A stretch of DNA of 64,000 nt from Alphaproteobacteria bacterium (lineage in GTDB: Bacteria; Pseudomonadota; Alphaproteobacteria; JASGCL01), in contig CBDHFN010000002.1 in NCBI GenBank assembly GCA_965262605.1, positions 153,107 to 217,106 of the forward strand. Reading direction: 5' to 3'. This document shows, piece by piece, positions 38,691 to 49,318 of the stretch. The notes under the pieces are model-generated. The model saw only the letters and a program-made list of their open reading frames with translations. It was not told the DNA's origin and did not search any database. Positions within the stretch are counted from its first letter, which is position 1; every line of letters starts with the position of its first letter. A program made the translations under genes and the position numbers.

Positions 38691-39506
38691 TTAATCGTGG
38701 GTATTGATAGTTTTTAATAATTCCGCGTGAATATGCGGGTTAGCGGCAATAATTTCCAATTTTTGTAATGATTCAAACGAAATTTTACTGCCATCGCCAT
38801 GGGTAATTATTGCGCCAGCTTCGTGGGCAATCATAATTCCTGCGGCTATATCCCAAGGGTAAAGCCCTTTTTCCCAAAAACCATCAAGGCGTCCCGCGGC
38901 TAAAAATGCTAAATCAAGGCTTGACGCGCCCATTCGGCGCACGCCAGCGGTTGCGCCCATCACCGATTTTAATTGCCCCAAGAATTTATCAAACCCCTCA
39001 TCTTTGCTTTTGGCAAAGGGCACATATGCCCCAATCAAACATTGCAAAAGATTTTTTCGGTTGGAAACTTGTAATTTGCGGTTTAAGCCTTGGCTAAGCA
39101 CAAATGCGCCTTCACCGCGTTCAGCATAATATAATTCGCCGCTAAATGGTTGATAAACCACGCCAGCTTTAAGGCGAAAATTCTCCTCGGCGGCGATAGA
39201 TACGGCAAAATGCGGTATAGCATGCAGGTAATTTGAAGTGCCATCAAGCGGGTCAATAATAAATCGCCGTTCGCTTTTGGCTTGTTGTCCGCCCGCTTCT
39301 TCGGATAAAATTTCCCAATCGGGGCGGGCGTAGTTTAATTCTTCAATAATAATTCGTTCGGCATTTTTATCCGCCCGTGATACGAAATCACCGGGACCTT
39401 TCGTTGATACTTGAAGATTTTCCACTTCTCGGTAATCGCGAATCAGTGCTCTGCCAGCTTTTTCAGCGGCTTGACACATAACCCGCACTAATGCACTTTG
39501 AGCCAT
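38691..39506 (-). CDS. suhB: Inositol monophosphatase family protein (SuhB)
   Basis: 271 aa with IMPase motifs (WEILSEE, IIDPLDGTSNY, WDIAAG). Confidence 0.85.
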   Translation of the reverse strand: MAQSALVRVMCQAAEKAGRALIRDYREVENLQVSTKGPGDFVSRADKNAERIIIEELNYARPDWEILSEEAGGQQAKSERRFIIDPLDGTSNYLHAIPHFAVSIAAEENFRLKAGVVYQPFSGELYYAERGEGAFVLSQGLNRKLQVSNRKNLLQCLIGAYVPFAKSKDEGFDKFLGQLKSVMGATAGVRRMGASSLDLAFLAAGRLDGFWEKGLYPWDIAAGIMIAHEAGAIITHGDGSKISFESLQKLEIIAANPHIHAELLKTINTHD

Positions 39507-39568
39507 GATGTTTTTTCCGAAGGTTATTTAATTGTTCAATAGGGAGAGTGATTCCATAAACATTAATA

Positions 39569-39594
39569 CATAAGCATTTGCAAAAACGCTTATG
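39569..39594. promoter_or_regulatory. Perfect 7-bp inverted repeat (CATAAGC-N12-GCTTATG) in the divergent suhB/betA intergenic region; a candidate operator
   Basis: The palindrome is read directly from the sequence. I could not identify a binding protein. Confidence 0.25.
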
Positions 39595-39735
39595 AAATCA
39601 TGCAACGAATAGCATAGCATAATAATTATAGCAAGCTAAATTTACGCACTTCTTAAAAAAAGTAAAATATGTCGTTTTTATTTCACTTTTTTTATGATTA
39701 TCCGTTAATATCATGGCAATTATTAAGGAATATTT

Positions 39736-41361
39736 ATGAATCAACCAGATTATATTATTATTGGCTCGGGCAGTGCGGGGGCGGCAATCGCCTATCGCTT
39801 GGCAATGAATGGCAAAAACATCTGTGTTTGTGAATTTGGTGGCACAGATATTGGTCCGTTAATTCAAATGCCATCGGCTTTATCCTATCCGATGAATATG
39901 CCATTATATGATTGGGGTTATAGTAGTGAACCCGAACCATACTTAAATGGGCGTGTTTTAGCAACCCCAAGGGGCAAAGTCTTAGGTGGTTCTTCGTCCA
40001 TTAATGGCATGGTTTATGTGCGCGGTAATGCGCTTGATTTTGATACATGGGCACAAATGGGCGCGAAAAATTGGGATTACAAGCATGTTTTACCCTATTA
40101 TTGCCGCATGGAGGGGCATAATAACCCCGAACAAATAGACAAAAATTGGCGGGGCTTAAATGGTCCCTTGCGCGTGCAACGCGGTAAAATGACGAATCCC
40201 CTTTATAAAGCATTTATTGAAGCGGGCAATCAAGCAGGATTTGGCAAAACCGATGATTATAATGGTTATAAACAAGAAGGCTTTGGCGCGATGGAAATGA
40301 CCGTGCATCAAGGGCGCAGATGGTCGGTTGCGAATGCTTATTTGCGCCCCGCCTTAAAAACCGGCAAAGTTTTTATTAAAAAATGCTTGGTGGAAAAAAT
40401 AATTTTTGACGGCACCAAAGCCATTGCTGTGCAAATCATCGCCAATGGACAACAACAACAAATTAAAGCCAATATTGAAATAATTTTATGCGCTGGCGCA
40501 ATAAATTCGCCAAAAATTCTTTTGCAATCGGGAATTGGTAATGGCGAAGAATTGCAAAAATTAGGCATTAAACCGATAATTAATCGCCTTGGCGTTGGCA
40601 AGAATTTGCAAGATCATTTGGAAATTTATTTTCAATTCCAATGCAAGCAACCAGTTTCTTTATATAGCAAAATTAATTGGGGGTCAAAATTATTAATTGG
40701 GGCTGAGTGGTTGTTTTTCAAAACTGGGCTTGGCGCAACGAATCATTTTGAATCTTGCGGGTTTATTAAATCTTCGCCAAACAAGCCTTACCCTGATTTG
40801 CAATATCATTTTTTGCCCGTGGCGATGCGTTATGATGGTAAATCTGCCTTTGCTTCGCATGGTTTTCAAGTGCATATCGGACCGAATCGTTCGCCTTCGC
40901 GCGGGGAAATTACTTTGCGTTCACCAAACCCATTTGATAAGCCGAAAATTTTATTTAATTATATGTCAACCGACCAAGATTGGCAAGATTTTCGCGCCGC
41001 GATTCGCCATACGCGCCATATTTTCACGCAACCCGCCATGGCGCAATTTGTTGGCGAAGAAGTTAATCCGGGAATAAATTATCAATCTGATGAAGAATTA
41101 AACGAATTCCTTAAACAGCATGTGGAAAGCGCATATCACCCTTCATGCGCCAATAAAATGGGCGATGTTAACGATAATATGGCGGTTGTTGATAGCGAAT
41201 GCCGCGTGATTGGCGTGCAAAATTTACGCGTAGCCGATAGTTCAATTTTTCCGCAAATCACCAATGGCAATTTAAATGCGCCGTCCATCATGGTTGGCGA
41301 AAGGGCATCAGATTTAATTTTGGGCAAAAGCTTGCCGCCTTCTGACTTAGTGCCTTATTAA
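39736..41361 (+). CDS. betA: GMC-family oxidoreductase, choline dehydrogenase-like (BetA)
   Basis: 541 aa. It has an N-terminal FAD motif ([18 protein letters not shown]) and GMC signatures ([14 protein letters not shown]; C-terminal HPSCANKMG). Confidence 0.85.
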   Translation: MNQPDYIIIGSGSAGAAIAYRLAMNGKNICVCEFGGTDIGPLIQMPSALSYPMNMPLYDWGYSSEPEPYLNGRVLATPRGKVLGGSSSINGMVYVRGNALDFDTWAQMGAKNWDYKHVLPYYCRMEGHNNPEQIDKNWRGLNGPLRVQRGKMTNPLYKAFIEAGNQAGFGKTDDYNGYKQEGFGAMEMTVHQGRRWSVANAYLRPALKTGKVFIKKCLVEKIIFDGTKAIAVQIIANGQQQQIKANIEIILCAGAINSPKILLQSGIGNGEELQKLGIKPIINRLGVGKNLQDHLEIYFQFQCKQPVSLYSKINWGSKLLIGAEWLFFKTGLGATNHFESCGFIKSSPNKPYPDLQYHFLPVAMRYDGKSAFASHGFQVHIGPNRSPSRGEITLRSPNPFDKPKILFNYMSTDQDWQDFRAAIRHTRHIFTQPAMAQFVGEEVNPGINYQSDEELNEFLKQHVESAYHPSCANKMGDVNDNMAVVDSECRVIGVQNLRVADSSIFPQITNGNLNAPSIMVGERASDLILGKSLPPSDLVPY

Positions 41362-41377
41362 AAATTATAATATTCGC

Positions 41378-41947
41378 TTAATTTGTGCTTAAACAATGAA
41401 ATAAAAATAGCCGCATTAAAATACCAATTTTACTGATTTTGGGGTTGTTTTGCGAGATATATAATATTTGCGCAAAATAATTTAATGGGTGGCGAATCTT
41501 GGCAACTTGGAGAATTTTTTCGTTATTGTAAAGCGCGTTTGCGATATTTTGCGCGGGATTTTCGTGAATTATCGGCATTATTTCAGCAATTAAAGCGGAT
41601 AATTTAATTTCAGCATCAATAAAATAATGATTTTCAATATCATCAATAATATTTTGCCAAATATTATAATGTTCCATACTTAAATCAAATTCTTGCAATA
41701 ATTTAATGGCGGGGTGGTCGTGGTTTTTCATCGGGGTATTTTCGCGCCACCATTGAAATTTTAATGCCCTTGCAAAATCATTGTCAATATCGTTAATCAT
41801 GATTAATTGCGTGTAAATATAATGGTAAAGGGCTAATTTTGGACGAAAATTTGGCGCAATAAAAATCAAACTATATGCCCGAAATGGTGCATATTGGCTT
41901 AATTCACGCCAAATAATATCTTGGTCTTTATTGATAATTGGCGGCAT
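41378..41947 (-). CDS. Hypothetical protein (last gene of the ABC transporter operon)
   Basis: 189 aa with no recognised motif. It overlaps the ATPase gene by 20 nt. Confidence 0.45.
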   Translation of the reverse strand: MPPIINKDQDIIWRELSQYAPFRAYSLIFIAPNFRPKLALYHYIYTQLIMINDIDNDFARALKFQWWRENTPMKNHDHPAIKLLQEFDLSMEHYNIWQNIIDDIENHYFIDAEIKLSALIAEIMPIIHENPAQNIANALYNNEKILQVAKIRHPLNYFAQILYISQNNPKISKIGILMRLFLFHCLSTN

Positions 41948-43487
41948 AAATTAAATCTTTTGTATATTGGTGTTGCGGATTTTTCAATAAATTTTGCGGG
42001 GTGTTTTCTTCAATAACATCGCCATTATTCATCACCACGACATTATCGCATAATTGCATAATTACATAAAAATCATGGCTGATAACAATACAGCTAAGCC
42101 CTGATTTTTGGCTTATTTCCAAGATTAAATCAATGATTTTTTGCCCCGTGCTTTTGTCAAGCGCGCTGGTCGGTTCGTCTAAAATTAGCAATTTAGGCTG
42201 CATAATCAAGGCGCGTGCCAGCGCGATTCGTTGGCGTTGCCCGCCTGAAAATTCATGGGGGTATTTTGTGCAATCTTCGGGATTTAAGCCCACGGCGATT
42301 AATTGCGCGGCGATTTTAGCTTGCTTTTCGGCTTCACTAAGCTTAACAAAATGAAAATCAAGGGGTTCTTGGCAAATTTGCCCGATATTCATGCGCGGTG
42401 ATAGCGAAGAATAAGGGTCTTGAAATAAAATCTGCATTTCCTTGCGATAGGGCAAAAATTGTTGGTGATTAAAATTTTGATACGCAATATCGTTGAATTT
42501 CATCATGCCCGAACTGGCAATTAATCGTAATAAAGCGTGCGCCATCGTGGATTTTCCAGACCCGCTTGCGCCGATGATTCCCAAAATTTGCCCTTGGTGT
42601 AATTGCCAAGCGCAAGGCTTGATAATTTGGTGATAATGGCTGATTCGTTGCAAGATACCTTTTTTAATGGGGTATTGCACGGCTAAGTCTTTAACTTGCA
42701 AGATAATTGGGGTATTTTGTGCATTTTTATCGGTCTTAATTGGGGGAATGCGCAATAATTCTTTGGTATACTCATGGCGCGGGTTGGTAAAAATATCGCT
42801 AGTCTTACCAAATTCGCGGATTGCGCCTTGCTGCATGACAATGACTTGGTGGCACAGATGGCGCACGGAATTTAACTCATGGCTAATATAAATCAAGCAT
42901 GAATTTGCGGTTTTTTGCTTGATTAATTCTAGGATTTGGCGTTTTAAATGCGCGTCCAGCGCGGTAAGCGGTTCGTCTGCGACCACTAAGCTTGGCTTAT
43001 TCGCAAGCGCAATGGCGATAATCACCCTTTGGCGTTGCCCGCCTGATAATTGATGGGGCAAGCGCATCAAAAATTCATCATCATTGGGCAAGCCGACTTC
43101 ACTAAGCGCGGTTTTAACCATTAAATTTAGGGTGGCTTTATCAAAATCACCAATAAAAGCTTCGGCTAATTGCTTGGCAATATGATGTAATGGGTTTAGC
43201 GTAGTTAGGGAATCTTGAAAAATAAAGCCAATATCCTTGCCCGCGTGGTGTTGGCGCGATGGTGCATCGGCAATTTCGGTTTTTTGCCCCATAAATTCCA
43301 TTGTGCCACCAATGCGCCAATTCCCAAACCACGGCATCAAGCCACTTATCGCCGAACATGCAAGGGTCTTGCCTGAACCAGATTCCCCCACTATCCCCAA
43401 AGCCTGCCCTGATTCTAGGGCAAAGCTAAGATTATCAACCAAAATTTTATCGCCAATTTTTATGGATAAGTTGCTGATTTTAATCAT
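41928..43487 (-). CDS. ABC transporter ATP-binding protein with two fused ATPase domains
   Basis: 519 aa. Two Walker A motifs (GESGSGKT, GASGSGKS) and two LSGGQRQR signatures are present. Confidence 0.9.
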   Translation of the reverse strand: MIKISNLSIKIGDKILVDNLSFALESGQALGIVGESGSGKTLACSAISGLMPWFGNWRIGGTMEFMGQKTEIADAPSRQHHAGKDIGFIFQDSLTTLNPLHHIAKQLAEAFIGDFDKATLNLMVKTALSEVGLPNDDEFLMRLPHQLSGGQRQRVIIAIALANKPSLVVADEPLTALDAHLKRQILELIKQKTANSCLIYISHELNSVRHLCHQVIVMQQGAIREFGKTSDIFTNPRHEYTKELLRIPPIKTDKNAQNTPIILQVKDLAVQYPIKKGILQRISHYHQIIKPCAWQLHQGQILGIIGASGSGKSTMAHALLRLIASSGMMKFNDIAYQNFNHQQFLPYRKEMQILFQDPYSSLSPRMNIGQICQEPLDFHFVKLSEAEKQAKIAAQLIAVGLNPEDCTKYPHEFSGGQRQRIALARALIMQPKLLILDEPTSALDKSTGQKIIDLILEISQKSGLSCIVISHDFYVIMQLCDNVVVMNNGDVIEENTPQNLLKNPQHQYTKDLIYAANYQ

Positions 43488-44506
43488 GAATCCCGCCGTT
43501 TTGGGTCAAAAACATCGCGCATACCTTCGCCAATAAAAATACATAAAGCCAAAATTCCACCAATAACGATAAAGCCACTTAACCCCAGCCATGGTGCTTG
43601 AATATTTTCCTTGCCTTGTTTTAACAGCGCACCCAATGATGGCTCACCCGGGGGCAAGCCAAAACCAATAAAATCAAGCGCGGTTAGTGCCGTAATTGAA
43701 CCCGCAACGATAAATGGCAAATATGCCATGGCAGAATTAAGGCTGTTGGGCAAAATATGGCGCATAAGAATTTTAGCATCGCTTAACCCCAAAGCCTTAG
43801 CGGCGCGAACATAATCCATGGTGCGATTTTTTAAAACTTCGGCACGGACAAAACCGACTAAGCTAGTCCAGCTAAATAACAACATTAAGCCTAATAATGA
43901 AAAAATATTTGGTTGCACAAAGCTTGCCAAAATTATCAATAAAAATAACACGGGCATACTGCCCCAAATTTCCAAGAATCTTTGCCCGAATAAATCAATT
44001 TTACCGCCGTAATATCCGCAAATTGCGCCATAAATTATGCCGATAATAGTGCTAAAAAATGCTAAAACAAAGCCGAAATTCAGGCTTAATCGCATACCAT
44101 AAATTATTCTTGCCGCGACATCGCCTGCTTCGTCATCGGTGCCAAGATAATGATTTTTATCAGGCGCACTGGGGGCAACGGCAATATCCCTTGCCAGCGT
44201 GCGATAATGATATTTTATCGGCGGGTAAATTGCATAGCCGTTTTGATTGATATTAGTTTTGATAAAATTATCATTATAATCGGCTTCGGTCGCAAATTCG
44301 CCCCCTAATTGCGCATCAGATACAAAATTAACGATTGGAAAATAATATTGCGCCTGATATTTTACCATTAATGGCTTGTCATTCGCGATAAATTCGGCAA
44401 ATAACGAAAAAACATAGATAATTATCAGCAAAATTAAACTATAATAGCTAAGTTTTTTTTGTTTAAATTGGTGAATTTTTTCCCACAACAACGATGAAAT
44501 TATCAT
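43484..44506 (-). CDS. ABC transporter permease (OppC/DppC/YejE-like); the single permease of this operon
   Basis: 340 aa with an N-terminal extension typical of OppC/YejE, the LGTDDEAGDVAARIIYGMRLSL motif and 6 TM helices. Confidence 0.85.
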   Translation of the reverse strand: MIISSLLWEKIHQFKQKKLSYYSLILLIIIYVFSLFAEFIANDKPLMVKYQAQYYFPIVNFVSDAQLGGEFATEADYNDNFIKTNINQNGYAIYPPIKYHYRTLARDIAVAPSAPDKNHYLGTDDEAGDVAARIIYGMRLSLNFGFVLAFFSTIIGIIYGAICGYYGGKIDLFGQRFLEIWGSMPVLFLLIILASFVQPNIFSLLGLMLLFSWTSLVGFVRAEVLKNRTMDYVRAAKALGLSDAKILMRHILPNSLNSAMAYLPFIVAGSITALTALDFIGFGLPPGEPSLGALLKQGKENIQAPWLGLSGFIVIGGILALCIFIGEGMRDVFDPKRRDS

Positions 44507-44510
44507 AAAT

Positions 44511-45572
44511 TTAGGTCTTGGTTATTTCTTGCCAGATTTGCAATTTTTGCGCCAAAGCGTCTTCGTCACTATATAAAGAATTTTCAATTTTTAAAAACTT
44601 ATCTTGTTTAGGAAATAAATATTTATTGGTTTGATAAGCGGTTGAAGTCAAACGGCGAATATGCTCAAACGGCGTGCTGGTAAATGATGATTCCGCCAAA
44701 GTTTTTGCAACAAGAGGAATATTTAAATAATTTATCATCGCATATGCGCCCGCGATATTTTTGGAATTATTAGGAATGACAAAAACCGCTTCGTCTTGAA
44801 AAATACCTTCCTTGGGAAACACAAAACCCATTTGTGGATTTTTTTTAGTATTTTGAAAATAAGTAGTCGTCACCGTATCAAACGCTGAAATTTTCTTTTC
44901 TGATAATAATTCAATATTATTTTGTCCAATATTAACTTTATTTTGCGATTTGCATTGCAATAATAAATCACGGACAATTTTTAAATGATTTTTATTGGCG
45001 GTATTATAACCAAACCCTAAATATAAACATGCTAATTGGATTATTTGCGTATTATCTTCGTTTAGCCAACCAATGCTTTGGTTCGGCTTTGCCTTATCAA
45101 AAATCACGCCCCAACTGCTGGGCGGTATGGGAAAATCTTGCTTATTATAAGCCAATCCATTATATAATTTACCAATTGATACGATGTAATTTTTTTCTGT
45201 TTCATCATATTCGCCAATGATGCTGGTATTAATCAATTGATAATTGGGTAATTTCGCAAAATCTAAGGGCAAAATTTTATTATATTTTCTTAATCTTGCA
45301 CCCTCTTTGTAAGCGCAAACAAATAAATCACATTCCACTTGCCCATTAATTATTTGCTGGGTGGCATCATAATAATTCGTGAAATATTTAAATTCTAAAT
45401 CAACGCCATATGAATCTATAAAATGTTGAAAATATTCCTTTTGCCCTGATGCTTGCGGCACAAAGGGTTGTAATTTTCCCACTGATTTTGCTTGGGATAA
45501 TGAAATTTTAGGTAAGCTTATACCCAAAACCCCCAACCCTAACATTGATTGCATTAAATTTCGGCGATTCAT
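44511..45572 (-). CDS. PotD/PotF-family periplasmic substrate-binding protein (Tat-like signal); paralogue of the ORF at 26781-27863
   Basis: 353 aa with NRRNLMQSMLGLGVLGISLP and a PotD-family core (SWGVIFDKAK..., FVFPKEGIFQDEAVFVIPNNSKNIAGAYAMINYL). Confidence 0.7.
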   Translation of the reverse strand: MNRRNLMQSMLGLGVLGISLPKISLSQAKSVGKLQPFVPQASGQKEYFQHFIDSYGVDLEFKYFTNYYDATQQIINGQVECDLFVCAYKEGARLRKYNKILPLDFAKLPNYQLINTSIIGEYDETEKNYIVSIGKLYNGLAYNKQDFPIPPSSWGVIFDKAKPNQSIGWLNEDNTQIIQLACLYLGFGYNTANKNHLKIVRDLLLQCKSQNKVNIGQNNIELLSEKKISAFDTVTTTYFQNTKKNPQMGFVFPKEGIFQDEAVFVIPNNSKNIAGAYAMINYLNIPLVAKTLAESSFTSTPFEHIRRLTSTAYQTNKYLFPKQDKFLKIENSLYSDEDALAQKLQIWQEITKT

Positions 45573-45615
45573 GCAATCATCATATATTTTTTTTTAACTT
45601 AATCAATAAAAAAAA

Positions 45616-45924
45616 TTAAAAATCTATTGGAAAATTCTTCTTACGGGTTTTCTTGCGATATTGGCGCAATTCATAAAATTCGCGCACGGAATCTTGGTCC
45701 AACGATTTTGGGATTTTCTCGCTTAAACCCATTATCCATAACGCCGTCATCACGCAATTTAACGAAACCGAACCATCACCCGATTCAATTTTACGCAAAG
45801 TCGGCAAGGAAACATCCATTCGTCTTGCTAATTCCTGCGCTGATATATTGCGGGCAATGCGCGCTTGCTTAACGCGCAAGCCAAATTGCTTTAACTCATC
45901 TTGAATTTGCATAACTTCAAGCAT
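45616..45924 (-). CDS. XRE-family HTH protein (HipB-like partner)
   Basis: 102 aa with an HTH_XRE sequence (LRVKQARIARNISAQELARRMDVSLPTLRKIESG). It overlaps the HipA-like gene by 8 nt and lies downstream of it. Confidence 0.8.
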   Translation of the reverse strand: MLEVMQIQDELKQFGLRVKQARIARNISAQELARRMDVSLPTLRKIESGDGSVSLNCVMTALWIMGLSEKIPKSLDQDSVREFYELRQYRKKTRKKNFPIDF

Positions 45925-47128
45925 ATTTCGCCAACACGGATTGCGGAATTTTATTCGGACGATTCATGATTTTTTGCAAATCTTCATCGGTCATGTTATA
46001 TTTTTTAGCAAGTATAGGGAATAATTCTGATTGTTCAATCGCCTTTTTAACAATTTCGCGCGCCCTTGTTTCGTCAATTCCTAAAACTTGATGCAATTTA
46101 AACCCATCGTCTAAATCGCAATCATGCGAAGTTGCTAATTTTAACGACATTTTATTATTAAATTGTGGCACTATATCAAAAACGGGCGCCAATTCCCAAA
46201 TGCCAAGGCGGCATAAAAAACCATGATTTTTGGCATGGTCATCGCTGTTTCCCAACAAGATATTCATAATTGCGCGGGCAAAAATCTCTTGATTAAGGGG
46301 CATGGTAAGTCCTTTACAGCCAAGTTTTTGCGCAATATTATAATAATCATAATATGATTTATCGGTTCGGTAATCGTCATGGCATAAACCCAATGCCGAA
46401 GCCAACGACATATAACCAAGAGGGGTAAGATTAAGATTTTCAGAATCAACCATATCAAAACGAAATAACGCCAAACAAAATTCATCATTAATAATTACAA
46501 ATTGATTATGCGTAGTGCGCAATCCAACCAAAGAAACAATAACCAAGCAAGTTTTTTCGGCTTTTAAATCATCAATGATTGATTCCCGATTAGGCATTTT
46601 AACCAAAGCATTTGGAAATAATAATTTAGGATTCGCCCCGCCCGCCGAAGCATTTGAACCAAGTATTAATTGGTCGGGTTTTAAAATTTGTTTTATTAAT
46701 TCTTTGTTTTCAATAAAAAAATCTTTTTGATTTTTTCGTTTTTCCACAAAATCTGGCGCATTTGGCGTAAGCCCAAATTCCAAATTGCCAATTTTATGCA
46801 AGGGCAAATGCAAAATATAATCCATAATACTGGCATTTTGCGGCAAATTATGCGTGGTGCGCAAGATTTTTTTGCCCCAACTATCAGGGCAGACATCTTC
46901 AAAAATGCCGTGAATTTGCAATTTATCCGCGGGATAAAAATCACCATCACTAAGGGGTAAGTGGATTGGGTCAACGGCATAATTATCTTCACGGGCAAGC
47001 CAGCTTTTGGCATATTGGAATTTATAGCGCGTCTGCCCCGTGGGCATTTTACCGCAAGGCGTAAGGATTCCTAAATTAACATAATTTTCGGCTGATTCAT
47101 GATAAATAAAAACAAATATTTCTTTCAT
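45917..47128 (-). CDS. hipA: HipA-family serine/threonine kinase (toxin-like)
   Basis: 403 aa with a HipA N-terminal domain and a C-terminal catalytic motif LLGNSDDHAKNHGFL (DxHxKN). Confidence 0.8.
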   Translation of the reverse strand: MKEIFVFIYHESAENYVNLGILTPCGKMPTGQTRYKFQYAKSWLAREDNYAVDPIHLPLSDGDFYPADKLQIHGIFEDVCPDSWGKKILRTTHNLPQNASIMDYILHLPLHKIGNLEFGLTPNAPDFVEKRKNQKDFFIENKELIKQILKPDQLILGSNASAGGANPKLLFPNALVKMPNRESIIDDLKAEKTCLVIVSLVGLRTTHNQFVIINDEFCLALFRFDMVDSENLNLTPLGYMSLASALGLCHDDYRTDKSYYDYYNIAQKLGCKGLTMPLNQEIFARAIMNILLGNSDDHAKNHGFLCRLGIWELAPVFDIVPQFNNKMSLKLATSHDCDLDDGFKLHQVLGIDETRAREIVKKAIEQSELFPILAKKYNMTDEDLQKIMNRPNKIPQSVLAKYA

Positions 47129-47223
47129 ATTTATAATATATATGAAATTATAATTTCAGTCAATGGATTCTTCAAAAATATCCATTATTTATTAAAAAAT
47201 TTAAATTTAGGGTAAATCACCCT

Positions 47224-47841
47224 TTATTTCTTGTGCCGAGATTCCAAAATATCGGTTATTGCCTTAAATTCGCAGCCTTTATCTTGTAATAACACGAATA
47301 AATGGTAAATTAAATCGGCGGCTTCGTTTGCAAGCTCATGATTATCGCCCGCCACCGCCGCCAATGCGCATTCCAACCCCTCCTCACCGACTTTTTGGGC
47401 GATGCGTTTTGTGCCTTGTTGCAATAATTTGCTGGTATAGCTTGAATCTTGGGGGTTGTCGTGGCGATTTTTAATGATATTCATTAATTGTTGCAAAATA
47501 TTAACTTGAATAAATTTAGTCGGTTCTGGTTCGTTAAAGCAAGAATTATTGCCCAAATGGCAAGTTGCGCCCATGGGAATCGCTTTAATTACCAAAGCAT
47601 CACTATCGCAATCAGTAAAAATTTCTTGAATTTCTAAATAATTTCCGCTGGTTTCGCCCTTTTGCCATAAGCGATTTTTACTGCGCGACCAAAACACCAC
47701 GCGCTTTGTGGCGATGCTTTCTGCCAAGGCATCAAAATTCATAAAGCCAACCATTAAGATTTGCAAATTGCGGGCATCTTGAATCACGGCGGGAATCAAG
47801 CCATCTTGTTTCGTGAAATCAATTTTTGTGATATTTATCAT
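47224..47841 (-). CDS. hisI: Bifunctional phosphoribosyl-AMP cyclohydrolase / phosphoribosyl-ATP pyrophosphatase (HisIE)
   Basis: The ORF is 47224-48024, with the real start MINITKIDF at 47841, immediately after the hisF stop. HisI (GETSGNYL, C-x-C zinc site) is followed by a HisE helical domain. Confidence 0.9.
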   Translation of the reverse strand: MINITKIDFTKQDGLIPAVIQDARNLQILMVGFMNFDALAESIATKRVVFWSRSKNRLWQKGETSGNYLEIQEIFTDCDSDALVIKAIPMGATCHLGNNSCFNEPEPTKFIQVNILQQLMNIIKNRHDNPQDSSYTSKLLQQGTKRIAQKVGEEGLECALAAVAGDNHELANEAADLIYHLFVLLQDKGCEFKAITDILESRHKK

Positions 47842-48605
47842 AATCTTACTGCTATTCCTTGATTTTTTAAATGAATTTTTAATTCGGGGATAAGAATCGT
47901 GTTTTTGTGAAATACGCTGGCTGCCAAAGCGCCAGTTGCCCCAGTTTGCGTGAATAATTGCACAAAATCTGCCATACTTCCCGCCCCGCCCGATGCAATA
48001 ATCGGCAATGAAATATTTTCGCAAATTGGCGCGATTTGTTGAATATCATACCCTTGGCGCATGCCGTCTTGATTCATGCAGTTAAGCACAATTTCGCCCG
48101 CGCCCATATCCGCGCAAATTTGCACCCAATCGCGCGTTTTATGCAAAGTTTTTTGAGTTTTAACCACATCGCCCGTATATTGATAAACAACATAATCGCC
48201 ATGGTCAAATTTCGTATCCACACCAATAACCACGCATTGCGAGCCAAAACGGCGCGCCAATTGCGTAATTAAATCTGGATTTTCCAAGGCTGGCGAATTG
48301 ATAGATATTTTATCGGCACCGCTTGATAAAATAAGCTCAGCTTGGGCGATGCTTCTGATGCCACCCGCGACACAAAACGGAATATTGATTTTTTGGGCAA
48401 TTTTTTCAATCCAAGATTTATCAACGACGCGCCCGTCCGAACTGGCGGTTATGTCGTAAAACACCAATTCATCGGCGCCTTGGTCGCAATAATATTGCGC
48501 AAGCTCCACTATATCACCAATAATTTCATGGTTTTGAAATTGCACGCCTTTAACAACTTGCCCGTCTTTAACATCTAAGCATGGGATAATTCTTAATTTA
48601 AACAT
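47838..48605 (-). CDS. hisF: Imidazole glycerol phosphate synthase cyclase subunit
   Basis: 255 aa with HisF TIM-barrel sequence ([16 protein letters not shown]..., [11 protein letters not shown]). Confidence 0.95.
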   Translation of the reverse strand: MFKLRIIPCLDVKDGQVVKGVQFQNHEIIGDIVELAQYYCDQGADELVFYDITASSDGRVVDKSWIEKIAQKINIPFCVAGGIRSIAQAELILSSGADKISINSPALENPDLITQLARRFGSQCVVIGVDTKFDHGDYVVYQYTGDVVKTQKTLHKTRDWVQICADMGAGEIVLNCMNQDGMRQGYDIQQIAPICENISLPIIASGGAGSMADFVQLFTQTGATGALAASVFHKNTILIPELKIHLKNQGIAVRL

Positions 48606-49318
48606 GATATGGCTTCGCTTAATGTAATTTTTGCCTCATGTAGGGCTTTACCGATGATGGCGCCGCTTAAACCCATGGCTTGTAGTTGTTTTAAATCTTG
48701 ATAATTACTAACACCGCCCGATGCTTGAATCGCGATTTTTGGAAATTTTGCGAGTAATTCTTGATAAAATCCGAAATTTGGACCAACCTGCATACCATCT
48801 TTGCCAATATCAGTTGCCAAAACATGCTTGATATTTGGAAAATCGGCGCATACTTGCCAAACGGAAATATCAGTTGCGCTTTGCCAACCAGACACAGCAA
48901 CTAAGGGGTAATTATCGCGAATATTAAAATCTAGCGCAAGCACAATTTTTTCTGCGCCATATTCTTTAAGCCATGCTTGGCATAAATTGGGGTTTTTAAT
49001 CGCCAAAGAGCCAATAACCATGCGGTTAATGCCGATTTTTTGCAAAATTTCGCAATCTTCACGGGTGCGAATGCCACCGCCCAATTGAATAATGCCTTGA
49101 AAATTGGCACGAATCGCGCGAATCGCCTCAATTTGAGTCAATTTGCCATTTTTTGCGCCGTCTAAATCAACGACATGCAAAATTTCTGCGCCCGCATCAT
49201 GAAAATTTTTGGCGATTTTTTCGGGGGCTTGATTATAAACAGAGACTTGCTGAAAATCGCCTTGCTTTAAGCGCACGCATTGCCCATTTTTAATATCAAT
49301 ACTGGGAATTATTTGCAT
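48593..49318 (-). CDS. hisA: ProFAR isomerase
   Basis: 241 aa with HisA sequence ([15 protein letters not shown]..., [11 protein letters not shown]). Confidence 0.9.
   Translation of the reverse strand: MQIIPSIDIKNGQCVRLKQGDFQQVSVYNQAPEKIAKNFHDAGAEILHVVDLDGAKNGKLTQIEAIRAIRANFQGIIQLGGGIRTREDCEILQKIGINRMVIGSLAIKNPNLCQAWLKEYGAEKIVLALDFNIRDNYPLVAVSGWQSATDISVWQVCADFPNIKHVLATDIGKDGMQVGPNFGFYQELLAKFPKIAIQASGGVSNYQDLKQLQAMGLSGAIIGKALHEAKITLSEAISCLN

Noticed and set aside
47842-48024. Long N-terminal extension of the hisIE ORF ([10 protein letters not shown]...) overlapping hisF
   Set aside because: The extension has no similarity to HisI. A Met (MINITKIDF) sits exactly after the hisF stop, so the start is at 47841.
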